DNA of 64,000 nt from Candidatus Ratteibacteria bacterium. GTDB taxonomy: Bacteria; Ratteibacteria; UBA8468; B48-G9; JAFGKM01. Positions 20,095 through 28,912 of this stretch are shown in pieces. The stretch's first letter is position 1; every line of letters begins with the position of its first letter. The translations under genes and the position numbers were made by a program. The stretch covers positions 24,785 to 88,784 of the forward strand of contig JBKBIN010000004.1 of assembly GCA_046296715.1 (NCBI GenBank), given 5' to 3'. The notes under the pieces were generated by a model that worked only from the letters and a program-made list of their open reading frames with translations, had not been told where the DNA came from and ran no database searches.

Positions 20095-20846
20095 TTTTTT
20101 TCTCCTTTTTGATCAAATTCTTCTATAGTTTTCACAAACAAATCTTCAAGACCTTCTGCATTATATTTTTGTATTAATTCATCAAGTTTTCCTGTTGCAA
20201 GCAAATACCCTCTATGAAATATTGCAATTCTATCACAGACCCTTTCTACTTCTGAGAGAAAATGACTTGATAAAAGAATTGTTTTTCCATCTTTTTTTAA
20301 TTGTATTAATAAATCTCTTGTTTCAATACAACCAATAGGATCAAGACCAGTTGTTGGTTCATCAAGAATTAAAATTTTAGGGTCATTTATTAAACTTGCA
20401 GCAAGACCAATTCTTTCAAGCATACCTTTGGAATAATGTTTTAAAGCAAGTTTTTTAACTTCATGAAGTTTAACAAGAAATAACAATTTTTCAATTCTCT
20501 CATTTATAATTTTATCTGGAATTTCAAAAAGTTTTCCATAAAATTTTAAGAGTTCAGGACCAGTAAGATAATCATAATAATAGGGATTTTCAGGCAAAAA
20601 ACCAACATTTTTCTTCATCTCTATATCAAATTGGTCTTTCCCAAGTATGCTTATTTCTCCTGAAGTAGGATATAAAATTCCAAGCAAAAGTTTTAAACAA
20701 GTTGTTTTACCAGAACCATTAGGACCAAGAATTCCATAAATTTCTCCTTCTTCAACACTAAAAGAAACATTTTCAAGTCCTATAACTATTTTATTTCTCC
20801 CAAGATAATAATATTTTGTTAATTCCCTAATTTCTATTACATTCAT
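20091..20846 (-). CDS. ABC transporter ATP-binding protein (PilH-like)
   Basis: GPNGSGKTT, GFLPENPYYY, YSKGM signature, LILDEP, SSH. Confidence 0.93.
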   Translation of the reverse strand: MNVIEIRELTKYYYLGRNKIVIGLENVSFSVEEGEIYGILGPNGSGKTTCLKLLLGILYPTSGEISILGKDQFDIEMKKNVGFLPENPYYYDYLTGPELLKFYGKLFEIPDKIINERIEKLLFLVKLHEVKKLALKHYSKGMLERIGLAASLINDPKILILDEPTTGLDPIGCIETRDLLIQLKKDGKTILLSSHFLSEVERVCDRIAIFHRGYLLATGKLDELIQKYNAEGLEDLFVKTIEEFDQKGEKK

Positions 20847-20909
20847 TTTACCTCCTTCCTTTTCTACCCTTTTTCATTTAATTAAATAAATTATATCATC
20901 AAAAAAAAA

Positions 20910-21695
20910 TTATAAAAAATCAGCATAAATTTTATCAAAAATATAAGTTAAAACCTTTCCTTTTTCTCCCAATAACAGAGTATCCTTTTTTAGTTTGTTA
21001 TAAATATTTTTTAGTCTTATCTTTAATCTTTTTATATCTCCTTCTTGGTCTTCTATATCATCTCTTATTTGAAAAGCAATTCCAAAATTTTTTGCCATTT
21101 TTTTAACTAATTTTTCTTTTTTTTCTTCTATTTTTTTAAAATAAAATGGCACTTTAAAGCAAATTTCAAAAAGTTTTCCTGTTTTCAAATAATCAATCTT
21201 TCTTTTTTCTTTTTCACTAATCTGTTTTCCTTTATAAATTAAATCAAGAACTTGTCCTCCTGCCATTCCTTTATAACCTATTGCTTTAGCAACATCTCTT
21301 AATAATAAAAAATTTTTACTTTCTGCAATAAGTTGAAATCCATATGCTAAAAGTGTATCTCCGACAAGAATAGCAATTCCTTCACCGAATTTTTTGTGAC
21401 ATGTAGGTATTCCTCTTCTAAAATCATCGTTATCCATAGAAGGAAGATCGTCATGAACAAGTGAAAAATTATGTATAAGTTCTATTCCTCCTGCAATCGG
21501 TAAAACTTTCTTCTTATTAATTCCAAAAATTTCACTCATACATAAAATCAAAATAGGTCTCAATCTTTTACCTTCAGAAAAAACAACATATCTTATTGCT
21601 TCACTTAAAATTTTAGGACAATCTTTGAAAGTAGGCAATTTTTTATTTAGATAGTCTTCTACTTCTTTCTTCCAAATTTTGATTTTATTTTCCAT
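20910..21695 (-). CDS. ispA: Polyprenyl (geranyl/farnesyl) diphosphate synthase
   Basis: GKRLRP, SLVHDDLPSMDNDDFRRG, GQVLD, KTG, FQIRDD. Confidence 0.9.
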   Translation of the reverse strand: MENKIKIWKKEVEDYLNKKLPTFKDCPKILSEAIRYVVFSEGKRLRPILILCMSEIFGINKKKVLPIAGGIELIHNFSLVHDDLPSMDNDDFRRGIPTCHKKFGEGIAILVGDTLLAYGFQLIAESKNFLLLRDVAKAIGYKGMAGGQVLDLIYKGKQISEKEKRKIDYLKTGKLFEICFKVPFYFKKIEEKKEKLVKKMAKNFGIAFQIRDDIEDQEGDIKRLKIRLKNIYNKLKKDTLLLGEKGKVLTYIFDKIYADFL

Positions 21696-22788
21696 TTATG
21701 TAAATTTTTTTAACTCTTTCACTGCCAAAACCACATAGTATTTCTTGAGGAACAGTATTACTTATTTCTGCCATAGTTTCAATCTCAAAATTATCACCAA
21801 AAATTTCTATTATATCTCCTATTTTAACATTTTTTCCAGTAACATCTATAAGTGTCTGGTCCATAAAAATATTTCCAATAATCTTAACTTTTTCTCCATT
21901 TAATTTTAACCAATACTTATTAGAAAGAGATCTTCTTAATCCATCTCCATATCCAATGCTGCAAGTTGCAACTTTCATTTTTCTCTTAGTAATGAATGAT
22001 AGTCCATAACCTAAAGGAGTTAGTTTTTCAACATCTTTAATAAAACTAACTCTTGTAAAACCTTTTATAGCACAATTAAATTTAACTTTTTTGGCAAGAT
22101 ATTTTGCAGGATAAACTCCTAAGATTAAAAGACCAACTCTAACCATATCAAAATCTTTATAACTTTCAGGTATATTTAAGACCGCTCCTGAATTTGCTAT
22201 GTGTTTTATTGGAATTTTAATATAGTTTTCAATATTACTAATTACTTTTTTAAAAATATTTAACTGATGATTAGCATATGTTTTATCTTTCCATTCAGAA
22301 GTTGCAAAATGTGAAAAAATTCCCTCAATTTCTATTCCTTTAAAATCTATAATTTTTTCAACAAATGGAATTATTTCTTTTTCTTTAAGACCAATTCTAC
22401 CAAGCCCTGTATCAACTTTTATATGAACGATTGCCTTTTTTTGAGATTTTATAGAAATTTCTTTTATTTTTTGAAAAATTTCGTCATTACATAAAGTTAT
22501 TCTTATATTATTTAAAATACATTGTTCAACTTCTTCAGGTAAAATACTCCCCATTATAAGAATTGGTTTTTTAAGATTTAACTTTTTTAATTCCAGTGCT
22601 TCATCAAGACATGCAACTCCATAAAAATCTACCAAGTCGTCTATTTTTTTGGCAACATTTTTAATCCCCATTCCGTAAAAATTACACTTAACACTTGCAA
22701 GAAATTTTTTTCTTGTTAAATTTTTCACTTTTAAGATATTCTTTCTTATTTTTTCAATGTCTACTTCAATCCATGTTCTTGTTTCCAT
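21685..22788 (-). CDS. alr: Alanine racemase
   Basis: VKxNxYGxG, HIKVDTGLGRIG, SHFA, HIANS, GYG, GYGDG, MDQ. Confidence 0.88.
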   Translation of the reverse strand: METRTWIEVDIEKIRKNILKVKNLTRKKFLASVKCNFYGMGIKNVAKKIDDLVDFYGVACLDEALELKKLNLKKPILIMGSILPEEVEQCILNNIRITLCNDEIFQKIKEISIKSQKKAIVHIKVDTGLGRIGLKEKEIIPFVEKIIDFKGIEIEGIFSHFATSEWKDKTYANHQLNIFKKVISNIENYIKIPIKHIANSGAVLNIPESYKDFDMVRVGLLILGVYPAKYLAKKVKFNCAIKGFTRVSFIKDVEKLTPLGYGLSFITKRKMKVATCSIGYGDGLRRSLSNKYWLKLNGEKVKIIGNIFMDQTLIDVTGKNVKIGDIIEIFGDNFEIETMAEISNTVPQEILCGFGSERVKKIYINGK

Positions 22789-23476
22789 TTTTAATTTCAC
22801 TTAATATTTTTTCTACAACTTTTTCTGGTTCTGGGTTTTCATAAACAGGTCTACCTATAACAATAAAATCTGCTCCTTTTTTTATCGCCTGCTCGGGTGT
22901 TATAATTCTTTTCTGGTCGTCCTTTTCATTTTTTTCATCTATTCTTACTCCAGGAACAATTATTAAAAAAGGAGGTTTGTATTTCCTTCTAATCATTTCC
23001 AACTCTTGACCTGAACAAACGACACCATCTATTCCCCATTTATACCCATAATCAACAAGTTTTTCAACAAGTTTATCTATTTTTGTATTCATATTTAGAA
23101 AATCAATGTCTTTTTCTGTGAATGATGTTAAGATACTCACTCCAATTATTTTTGTTTCACTTTTTAATTCTTTTTTTATCTCAATTATACTTTTTATCAT
23201 CTGTTGTCCTGCCATTAAATGAACTGTAAACATATCAATTTCTTTTTCAAATATAATTCTTGAAGCATTTTTTACAGTATTAGGAATATCAAAGAATTTA
23301 AAATCAAGAAAAATTTTTTTACCTTCTTTTTTTAATTTTTTTATAATTTCGTCTCCACAGGTAAGATAAGGAATAATTCCTACTTTATAAAAATCTATGT
23401 TATCACCTAATCTTTCAATCAATTCATAAATTCTTTTTTTATCAACCAAATCAAGTGCTACTATTAGTTTTCCCAT
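22766..23476 (-). CDS. pyrF: Orotidine-5'-phosphate decarboxylase
   Basis: IVALD, FLDFKFFDIPNTV, VPGVR, DDQKR, VIGRP. Confidence 0.96.
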   Translation of the reverse strand: MGKLIVALDLVDKKRIYELIERLGDNIDFYKVGIIPYLTCGDEIIKKLKKEGKKIFLDFKFFDIPNTVKNASRIIFEKEIDMFTVHLMAGQQMIKSIIEIKKELKSETKIIGVSILTSFTEKDIDFLNMNTKIDKLVEKLVDYGYKWGIDGVVCSGQELEMIRRKYKPPFLIIVPGVRIDEKNEKDDQKRIITPEQAIKKGADFIVIGRPVYENPEPEKVVEKILSEIKNGNKNMD

Positions 23477-24537
23477 TTCCTTCCAAAAAATTCAAGTATT
23501 GCAACGATTATAAGAATTAAAATAACCTCAAATAAAACCTCAATCCCTCCATATATATTTAGATTTTTTAGAATTAAAGCATTTATACCTGTTGTCAATG
23601 TTAGAAGATAGATAAATAAGATAGCCTGTTTTTGAGTCATCCCTAAGGAAACAAGACGATGAGAAAGATGGTTTTTATCTGCTTGAAATATTGAGTATCC
23701 TCTTTTTTTCCTAATTATGATAACAGAAATTGTATCAAAAAAAGGAACAGAGAAAATAATCAAGGGAATAAAAACTGGTAGGAATGTTTTACTTTCTTCA
23801 TATTTATAATATGTCAAAAGAATTGATGTAATACCAAGAAAATATCCTAAAAAGCTGCTTCCAGATTCTCCCATAAATATTTTCGCAGGAGGGAAATTGT
23901 GAAAAAGGAAACCGCAGACACTTCCAAGAAAAACAGATAAGATTGTAGCGATAAATAATTGATCCATTTCTAAGGCAAAAATAAACAAAATAATTCCTGT
24001 GATAGTTGCAACACCTGCAGAAAGTCCATCCATATTATCAAGGAGATTGAAACAATTCATCATAAGGATAATCCATAAGCAAGTAATTATATATGAAAGA
24101 AAAATATTAGAGATAAAAAAAGTAATTCTTATCCCAGATAAAAAAATAATTGTACCAGTAATAAATTGAAAAAACAATTTTTGGAACGCTTTAAGTTCAT
24201 AAGTATCATCCAGTAATCCAAAGAAAATTACTATAATACCACATAAAATTATACTCAATAATTTTGATAAAACAGAGTAAATTCCTGGGATATAATTTTT
24301 TATAAAGTCAGGTACAAGATTATAATTCACAAATAAAATTCCTATCGTAATAACAAGAAAAAAAGAACAAAATATTCCAAGTCCTCCAAGAAGAGGAGTT
24401 GGTTTTTTATGTATCTTTCTTTCTGATGGGATGGCTAAAATCCCTGTTTTTTTTGCAATTCTACCAAATAGCAAAGTCAAAAATAAAGATATCAAGAATG
24501 ATGTAAAAAAAAGAACTATATAAAGATATTTCCACAT
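23464..24537 (-). CDS. WecA/TagO-type (MraY/GT4) undecaprenyl-phosphate sugar-1-phosphate transferase
   Basis: RKIHKKPTPLLGG, GLLDD, NLLDNMDGL, NFPPAKIFMG, DKNHLSHRL. Confidence 0.9.
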   Translation of the reverse strand: MWKYLYIVLFFTSFLISLFLTLLFGRIAKKTGILAIPSERKIHKKPTPLLGGLGIFCSFFLVITIGILFVNYNLVPDFIKNYIPGIYSVLSKLLSIILCGIIVIFFGLLDDTYELKAFQKLFFQFITGTIIFLSGIRITFFISNIFLSYIITCLWIILMMNCFNLLDNMDGLSAGVATITGIILFIFALEMDQLFIATILSVFLGSVCGFLFHNFPPAKIFMGESGSSFLGYFLGITSILLTYYKYEESKTFLPVFIPLIIFSVPFFDTISVIIIRKKRGYSIFQADKNHLSHRLVSLGMTQKQAILFIYLLTLTTGINALILKNLNIYGGIEVLFEVILILIIVAILEFFGRKWEN

Positions 24538-24585
24538 TTTAAACCTCTTTCTTTTATTTAATTCTATTTTATTTAAACCTTAAAG

Positions 24586-24687
24586 TCAATGATATTTTGT
24601 AAAAATTGATGTAGAGTGTATAATAAAATAATAAATTCAATGATATTTTGTAAAAATTGATGTAGAGTGTATAATAAAATAATAAAT
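24586..24687 (+). repeat. Perfect 2 x 51-bp tandem duplication containing a sigma70-like promoter
   Basis: TCAATGATATTTTGTAAAAATTGATGTAGAGTGTATAATAAAATAATAAAT at 24586-24636 and 24637-24687. Confidence 0.95.
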
Positions 24688-24698
24688 TGGAGAAGTAA

Positions 24699-25175
24699 AT
24701 GAAAATTGTTGTAATTATGGGTTCAAAGGCAGATATTGAATGGGCAAAGAGAGTAGAAAACAAAATTAAAGAATTTGGGGTAAATGTTGATTTAAGGATT
24801 GCTTCTGCTCATAAAACACCTATCAAAGTTTTAGAGATAATAAAAGAATATGAGAAGGAAGATGTGGTTTTTATAACAATTGCGGGAAGAAGTAATGCTT
24901 TAAGTGGATTTGTTGATGCTAATACAGAAAAACCAGTTATTGCTTGCCCTCCATATAATGAAAAGTTTTCTGGATTTGATATTTTTTCAAGTTTAAGAAT
25001 GCCTTCAGGAGTAGCACCTTTAGTAATACTTGAACCAGAACAGGCAGCAATTGCAGCAGTAAAAATTTTATCTCTGAAATACACGGAATTAAGTTTAAAA
25101 ATTAAAGATTTTCAGGAAAAAATGAAAGAAGAAATAGAAAGACAGGATAAAGATTTAAAAAATGGGAAGTGTTAA
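24699..25175 (+). CDS. purE: AIR carboxylase PurE, class II type
   Basis: MGSKAD, SAHKT, IAGRSNALSGFVD, ACPP, SSLRMPSG. Confidence 0.93.
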   Translation: MKIVVIMGSKADIEWAKRVENKIKEFGVNVDLRIASAHKTPIKVLEIIKEYEKEDVVFITIAGRSNALSGFVDANTEKPVIACPPYNEKFSGFDIFSSLRMPSGVAPLVILEPEQAAIAAVKILSLKYTELSLKIKDFQEKMKEEIERQDKDLKNGKC

Positions 25176-26184
25176 AGACCTTATTATTCTTGAAAAAGCA
25201 GAAAAAGAAAAACCAGGTATTGGGAGATTTATTTTTACTGATAGATATTCTGTTTTTGATTGGGGAGAAATGCCTGATCATATATTAGATAAAGGGAAAT
25301 CAATATGTATTTCAACGGCATATTTTTTTGAAAAAATAGAGAAAAAAGGAATAAAAACACATTATATTGGCTTGATTGATGAAAAAGGAAATTTGAAAAA
25401 ACTTAATGAATTAGATAAGCCAACAGATACAATACAATTTAAAATGTTAAGGGTTTTAAAACCAGAAATTAAGGGAAACTTTTATGACTATTCAATTTTT
25501 AAAAAAGAAAGAGTTAACTTTCTTATTCCACTTGAAATAATTTATAGAAATTATCTTTCAGAAAATTCTTCAATTTTTAAAAGATTGAAAGAAGGAAGTA
25601 TAACACCTAAGGATATAGGTTTAAAAGAATATCCTGTTGCTGGTCAGAAACTTGAAAAACCTATAATTGATATTTCAACAAAACTTGAGACAACGGACAG
25701 ATATATCAAATGGAAAGAAGCAAAAGAAATAGCAAATCTAACAGACGATGAAATAGAAGAAATAAAGTTAAAAACATTAAAAATAAATGAGATAATAACA
25801 ATTGAAGCGGAAAAGATTGGTCTTATAAATGAGGATGGTAAAATTGAGTTTGGTTTTGATGAGAAGAGAAATTTGATACTGGTGGATGCTGTTGGAACAC
25901 TTGATGAATGTAGATTTACTTATAATGGACTTCCAGTGAGTAAAGAAATAGCAAGAATATACTATAGAAAAACTGAGTGGTTTGAAAATATTGAACAGGC
26001 AAAAAAGAAAGATAAAATTGAATGGAAAAGATATGTGAATACAGTTCCACCTAAACTTCCAGAAAAATTAACCCTTTTAATCTCAAACATTTATAGAAGT
26101 TATGCAAATGAGATTACCCAGAGGAAGTGGTTTGATGTACCTCCTTTAAAAGAAATTCTTAATGAAATTAAAAATTTTATTTAA
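25162..26184 (+). CDS. purC: SAICAR synthetase (long form)
   Basis: MGSVKD, FTDRYSVFD, PLEII.RN, STKLE, DGKIEFG, DAVGTLDECRF, SKE. Confidence 0.92.
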   Translation: MGSVKDLIILEKAEKEKPGIGRFIFTDRYSVFDWGEMPDHILDKGKSICISTAYFFEKIEKKGIKTHYIGLIDEKGNLKKLNELDKPTDTIQFKMLRVLKPEIKGNFYDYSIFKKERVNFLIPLEIIYRNYLSENSSIFKRLKEGSITPKDIGLKEYPVAGQKLEKPIIDISTKLETTDRYIKWKEAKEIANLTDDEIEEIKLKTLKINEIITIEAEKIGLINEDGKIEFGFDEKRNLILVDAVGTLDECRFTYNGLPVSKEIARIYYRKTEWFENIEQAKKKDKIEWKRYVNTVPPKLPEKLTLLISNIYRSYANEITQRKWFDVPPLKEILNEIKNFI

Positions 26185-27150
26185 ATGGCACAAATATTAA
26201 AATTTTCAGAAGAGGCAATAGAAAAAGCAGTTAATATATTAAAAAATGGAGGTGTTGTTGCTTTCCCAACTGAAACTGTTTACGGCCTTGGTGCAAATGG
26301 TTTAAATCCTGAAGCAGTTATAAAAATATTTGAAATTAAAAATAGACCTTTTTTTGACCCTATAATACTTCATATTGGTAAAAAAGAAGATATAATTAAA
26401 TTTTGGTCTTATATAGATAAAAGAGCAGAAAAACTTATTGAAAAATTTTGGCCAGGTCCTTTAACAATTATATTACCAAAAACTGAAAAAGTGCCTTATA
26501 TTGTCACTGCTGGGCTTGATACAGTTGCAATCAGAATGCCATCCCATATTGTTGCAATTGAAATTTTAAAAAGGATAGATTTCCCAATAGCGGCACCAAG
26601 TGCAAATATTTTTGGTAGATTAAGTCCAACAGAAGCAAAACATGTTGATGAACAAATTGGTGATAAGATTGAATTGATAATTGATGGTGGAAGATGTCCT
26701 GTTGGAATAGAATCAACAGTTATTGATTTAACAACAGAAAAAAACATTATTTTAAGACCAGGTGGAATACCAAAAGAAAAAATTGAAGAAGTAATTGGTA
26801 AAGTTGAGATAATTCAAAAAGTAGAAAAAATTTATTCTCCTGGGCAACTACCTTTACATTATTCTCCAAAGACACCACTTAAAATTTTAAAAGATTTTAA
26901 AGAAATAAAAAAAGGAATTAAAGCAGGACTGCTTGCATTTAAAGAAGTTAAGTATGCAGAAAAATTTGTTAGAATAGAAATTTTATCTAAAAAAGGAGAT
27001 TTGAAAGAAGCAGCAAGAAATTTTTTCTCCTGTTTGCATAATCTTGATAATGCAGGTCTTGATATAATTTATGTACAACCAGTTCCTGAAGAGGGAATTG
27101 GAAAAGCAATAATGGATAGGTTACTTAAAGCAGAAACAAAAAATTCTTAG
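26185..27150 (+). CDS. sua5: Threonylcarbamoyl-AMP synthase, Sua5 type (YrdC + SUA5 domains)
   Basis: AFPTETVYGLG, KNRP, WPGPLT, AAPSAN, PGQL..HYSP, AIMDRL.KA. Confidence 0.95.
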   Translation: MAQILKFSEEAIEKAVNILKNGGVVAFPTETVYGLGANGLNPEAVIKIFEIKNRPFFDPIILHIGKKEDIIKFWSYIDKRAEKLIEKFWPGPLTIILPKTEKVPYIVTAGLDTVAIRMPSHIVAIEILKRIDFPIAAPSANIFGRLSPTEAKHVDEQIGDKIELIIDGGRCPVGIESTVIDLTTEKNIILRPGGIPKEKIEEVIGKVEIIQKVEKIYSPGQLPLHYSPKTPLKILKDFKEIKKGIKAGLLAFKEVKYAEKFVRIEILSKKGDLKEAARNFFSCLHNLDNAGLDIIYVQPVPEEGIGKAIMDRLLKAETKNS

Positions 27151-27161
27151 TAAAGTTATTT

Positions 27162-28694
27162 TCAAAACAACTGTTTTAGTTTTTCTTCTGACAATGGTTT
27201 TGTTAATAAACTTCCAATAAAATAGAAAAATCCACATCCAATAAGGACAATAAATTCAAGGGTCCCCATACCAAGTTTTTGTTTTGAAACAAATATACTT
27301 CCAATAAGAGTTGCAAGAACACCATAAATCATACATAGAATTGCGCCAGTTGCTGTTGCTCTTTTCCAATAAAAAGAAACTGCTGTACAGAAAATGAAAA
27401 TTCCACCAAGACCTATTGAAGCATAACCCATAAAGACAGCCAATAAAGGAGGTGGTTTTTTAAATGTCCAGTAAAAGGGAATTAAAAGGAAGATGCCAAT
27501 AAAAATTTTGGTTAACTTAAGAAGTAAATTTTTAGAAATATTTGGCTTCCAAGTATATATAATATCCTTTGTAATATTTCCAGCCATAACCATTACCATA
27601 GCAGAAAGGGTTGAAAGTGCAGCCGCAAAAACTCCTGTAGTGTATAAAACTGTTAATGGTTTACCACCTACCAATATGGCAAGATAAGGAGCAGCAAGAT
27701 CTCCTTTCCATGGTTGTATATTTAAAATTTCTGGACCAAAAGTTGCTCTCGCTACAAGACCAGTAATTGCATTTAAAAATATTGGAGGACCGGCAACAAG
27801 AAAAACCATAAGTGTAATTAAAGAAAAGTCCCTTTTTGTCAATTTTTTCATTCCAAGAAATCTTGCAACATTGTGAGGGAAACCAGTTGCCATGGTTAAG
27901 AAAATAAAAAATGTTGCAATTATTCCAACTGGAGAAGAAAACAACTGGGTATTTCCAGTAGTTGGTAGGTCTCTTCTTATTAGATCAAGTAGTTTTACAT
28001 CTTGAGAAGCAAGTTTTACATTTAGAGCATTAGCACCACCTAAAAATAAAACAGATGAAATTCCTAATACAAAACAAGCAATCCCTAATAAAGCACCCTG
28101 TAAAGCAAGAGACCATTGAGTACCTGTATATCCACCAACAATCATATAGATAAAAACAATAATGCCTGATAATAACAAACACCATATAGCAGGAAGCCCT
28201 GTTACAGCATACCATATAGTAGCACCTGCTTTAAACTGTCCTACTGAGTATAAAGTCATAAAGAAAATCATAATTAAAGCCGATAAAGATTGGACTACTT
28301 TACTATCAAATCTTATTCTTAGTACATCAGGAACAGTTCTTGCTCCGAATTTTTCAGCATACTTTTGCATTTTTTCTCCAGTAAAAAATAAACAAGGCAT
28401 AATACCAATTATTGTCCATATACCAGCAAACCACATTCCTGACCATCCAACTGAATATGTAACACCCATCATACCAAGTGTTGCCCATCCGCTTAACCAT
28501 GTAGCACCAAGAGCAAGTCCTGTAATAACAGGTCCTATGTCTTGATGACCTGACAAAAATGATTCAAATGATGACGCCTTTTTTCTACTTAAAAATCCAA
28601 GTAATATACAAAAAAGTAGCATTAAACCGATACCAATTGCTGAAGATATTCCATATTTTATGTCAGTTGAAGGAATAGGATAAAAATTATTCAT
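27162..28694 (-). CDS. Sodium:solute symporter (SSS family)
   Basis: ATWLSGW..LG, TVPD.L..RF, QFKAG, AAALST, YWKRAT..GA; about 13 TM. Confidence 0.9.
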   Translation of the reverse strand: MNNFYPIPSTDIKYGISSAIGIGLMLLFCILLGFLSRKKASSFESFLSGHQDIGPVITGLALGATWLSGWATLGMMGVTYSVGWSGMWFAGIWTIIGIMPCLFFTGEKMQKYAEKFGARTVPDVLRIRFDSKVVQSLSALIMIFFMTLYSVGQFKAGATIWYAVTGLPAIWCLLLSGIIVFIYMIVGGYTGTQWSLALQGALLGIACFVLGISSVLFLGGANALNVKLASQDVKLLDLIRRDLPTTGNTQLFSSPVGIIATFFIFLTMATGFPHNVARFLGMKKLTKRDFSLITLMVFLVAGPPIFLNAITGLVARATFGPEILNIQPWKGDLAAPYLAILVGGKPLTVLYTTGVFAAALSTLSAMVMVMAGNITKDIIYTWKPNISKNLLLKLTKIFIGIFLLIPFYWTFKKPPPLLAVFMGYASIGLGGIFIFCTAVSFYWKRATATGAILCMIYGVLATLIGSIFVSKQKLGMGTLEFIVLIGCGFFYFIGSLLTKPLSEEKLKQLF

Positions 28695-28788
28695 TTTTCC
28701 ACCTCCTTAATCTTATTATCAATCCAACAATAGTAAAAAATGTACTGAACAAAACCACAGCCCACCAACTAAGCCAATTTTTATCCAT
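28687..28788 (-). CDS. 33-aa single-TM small protein (putative symporter accessory subunit)
   Basis: Manual translation MDKNWLSWWAVVLFSTFFTIVGLIIRLRRWKNE*; AAGGAGG RBS; overlaps the SSS start by 8 nt. Confidence 0.75.
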   Translation of the reverse strand: MDKNWLSWWAVVLFSTFFTIVGLIIRLRRWKNE

Positions 28789-28912
28789 TTTCCCTCCTTT
28801 TGATGAGAAAATTTAAACACAAATAAATAAAAACGTCAAAATTTTCCATCTTTTAGGAAAGAAGTGAGAATGGAATTTAGAGAAATCTTTCCTTAATATA
28901 ATATAAAAAATT

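Noticed and set aside
24586..24687. 51-bp repeat as a CRISPR array, and ORF 24569..24763 as a gene
   Set aside because: Only two abutting copies with no spacer and no cas genes; the ORF merely translates the repeat
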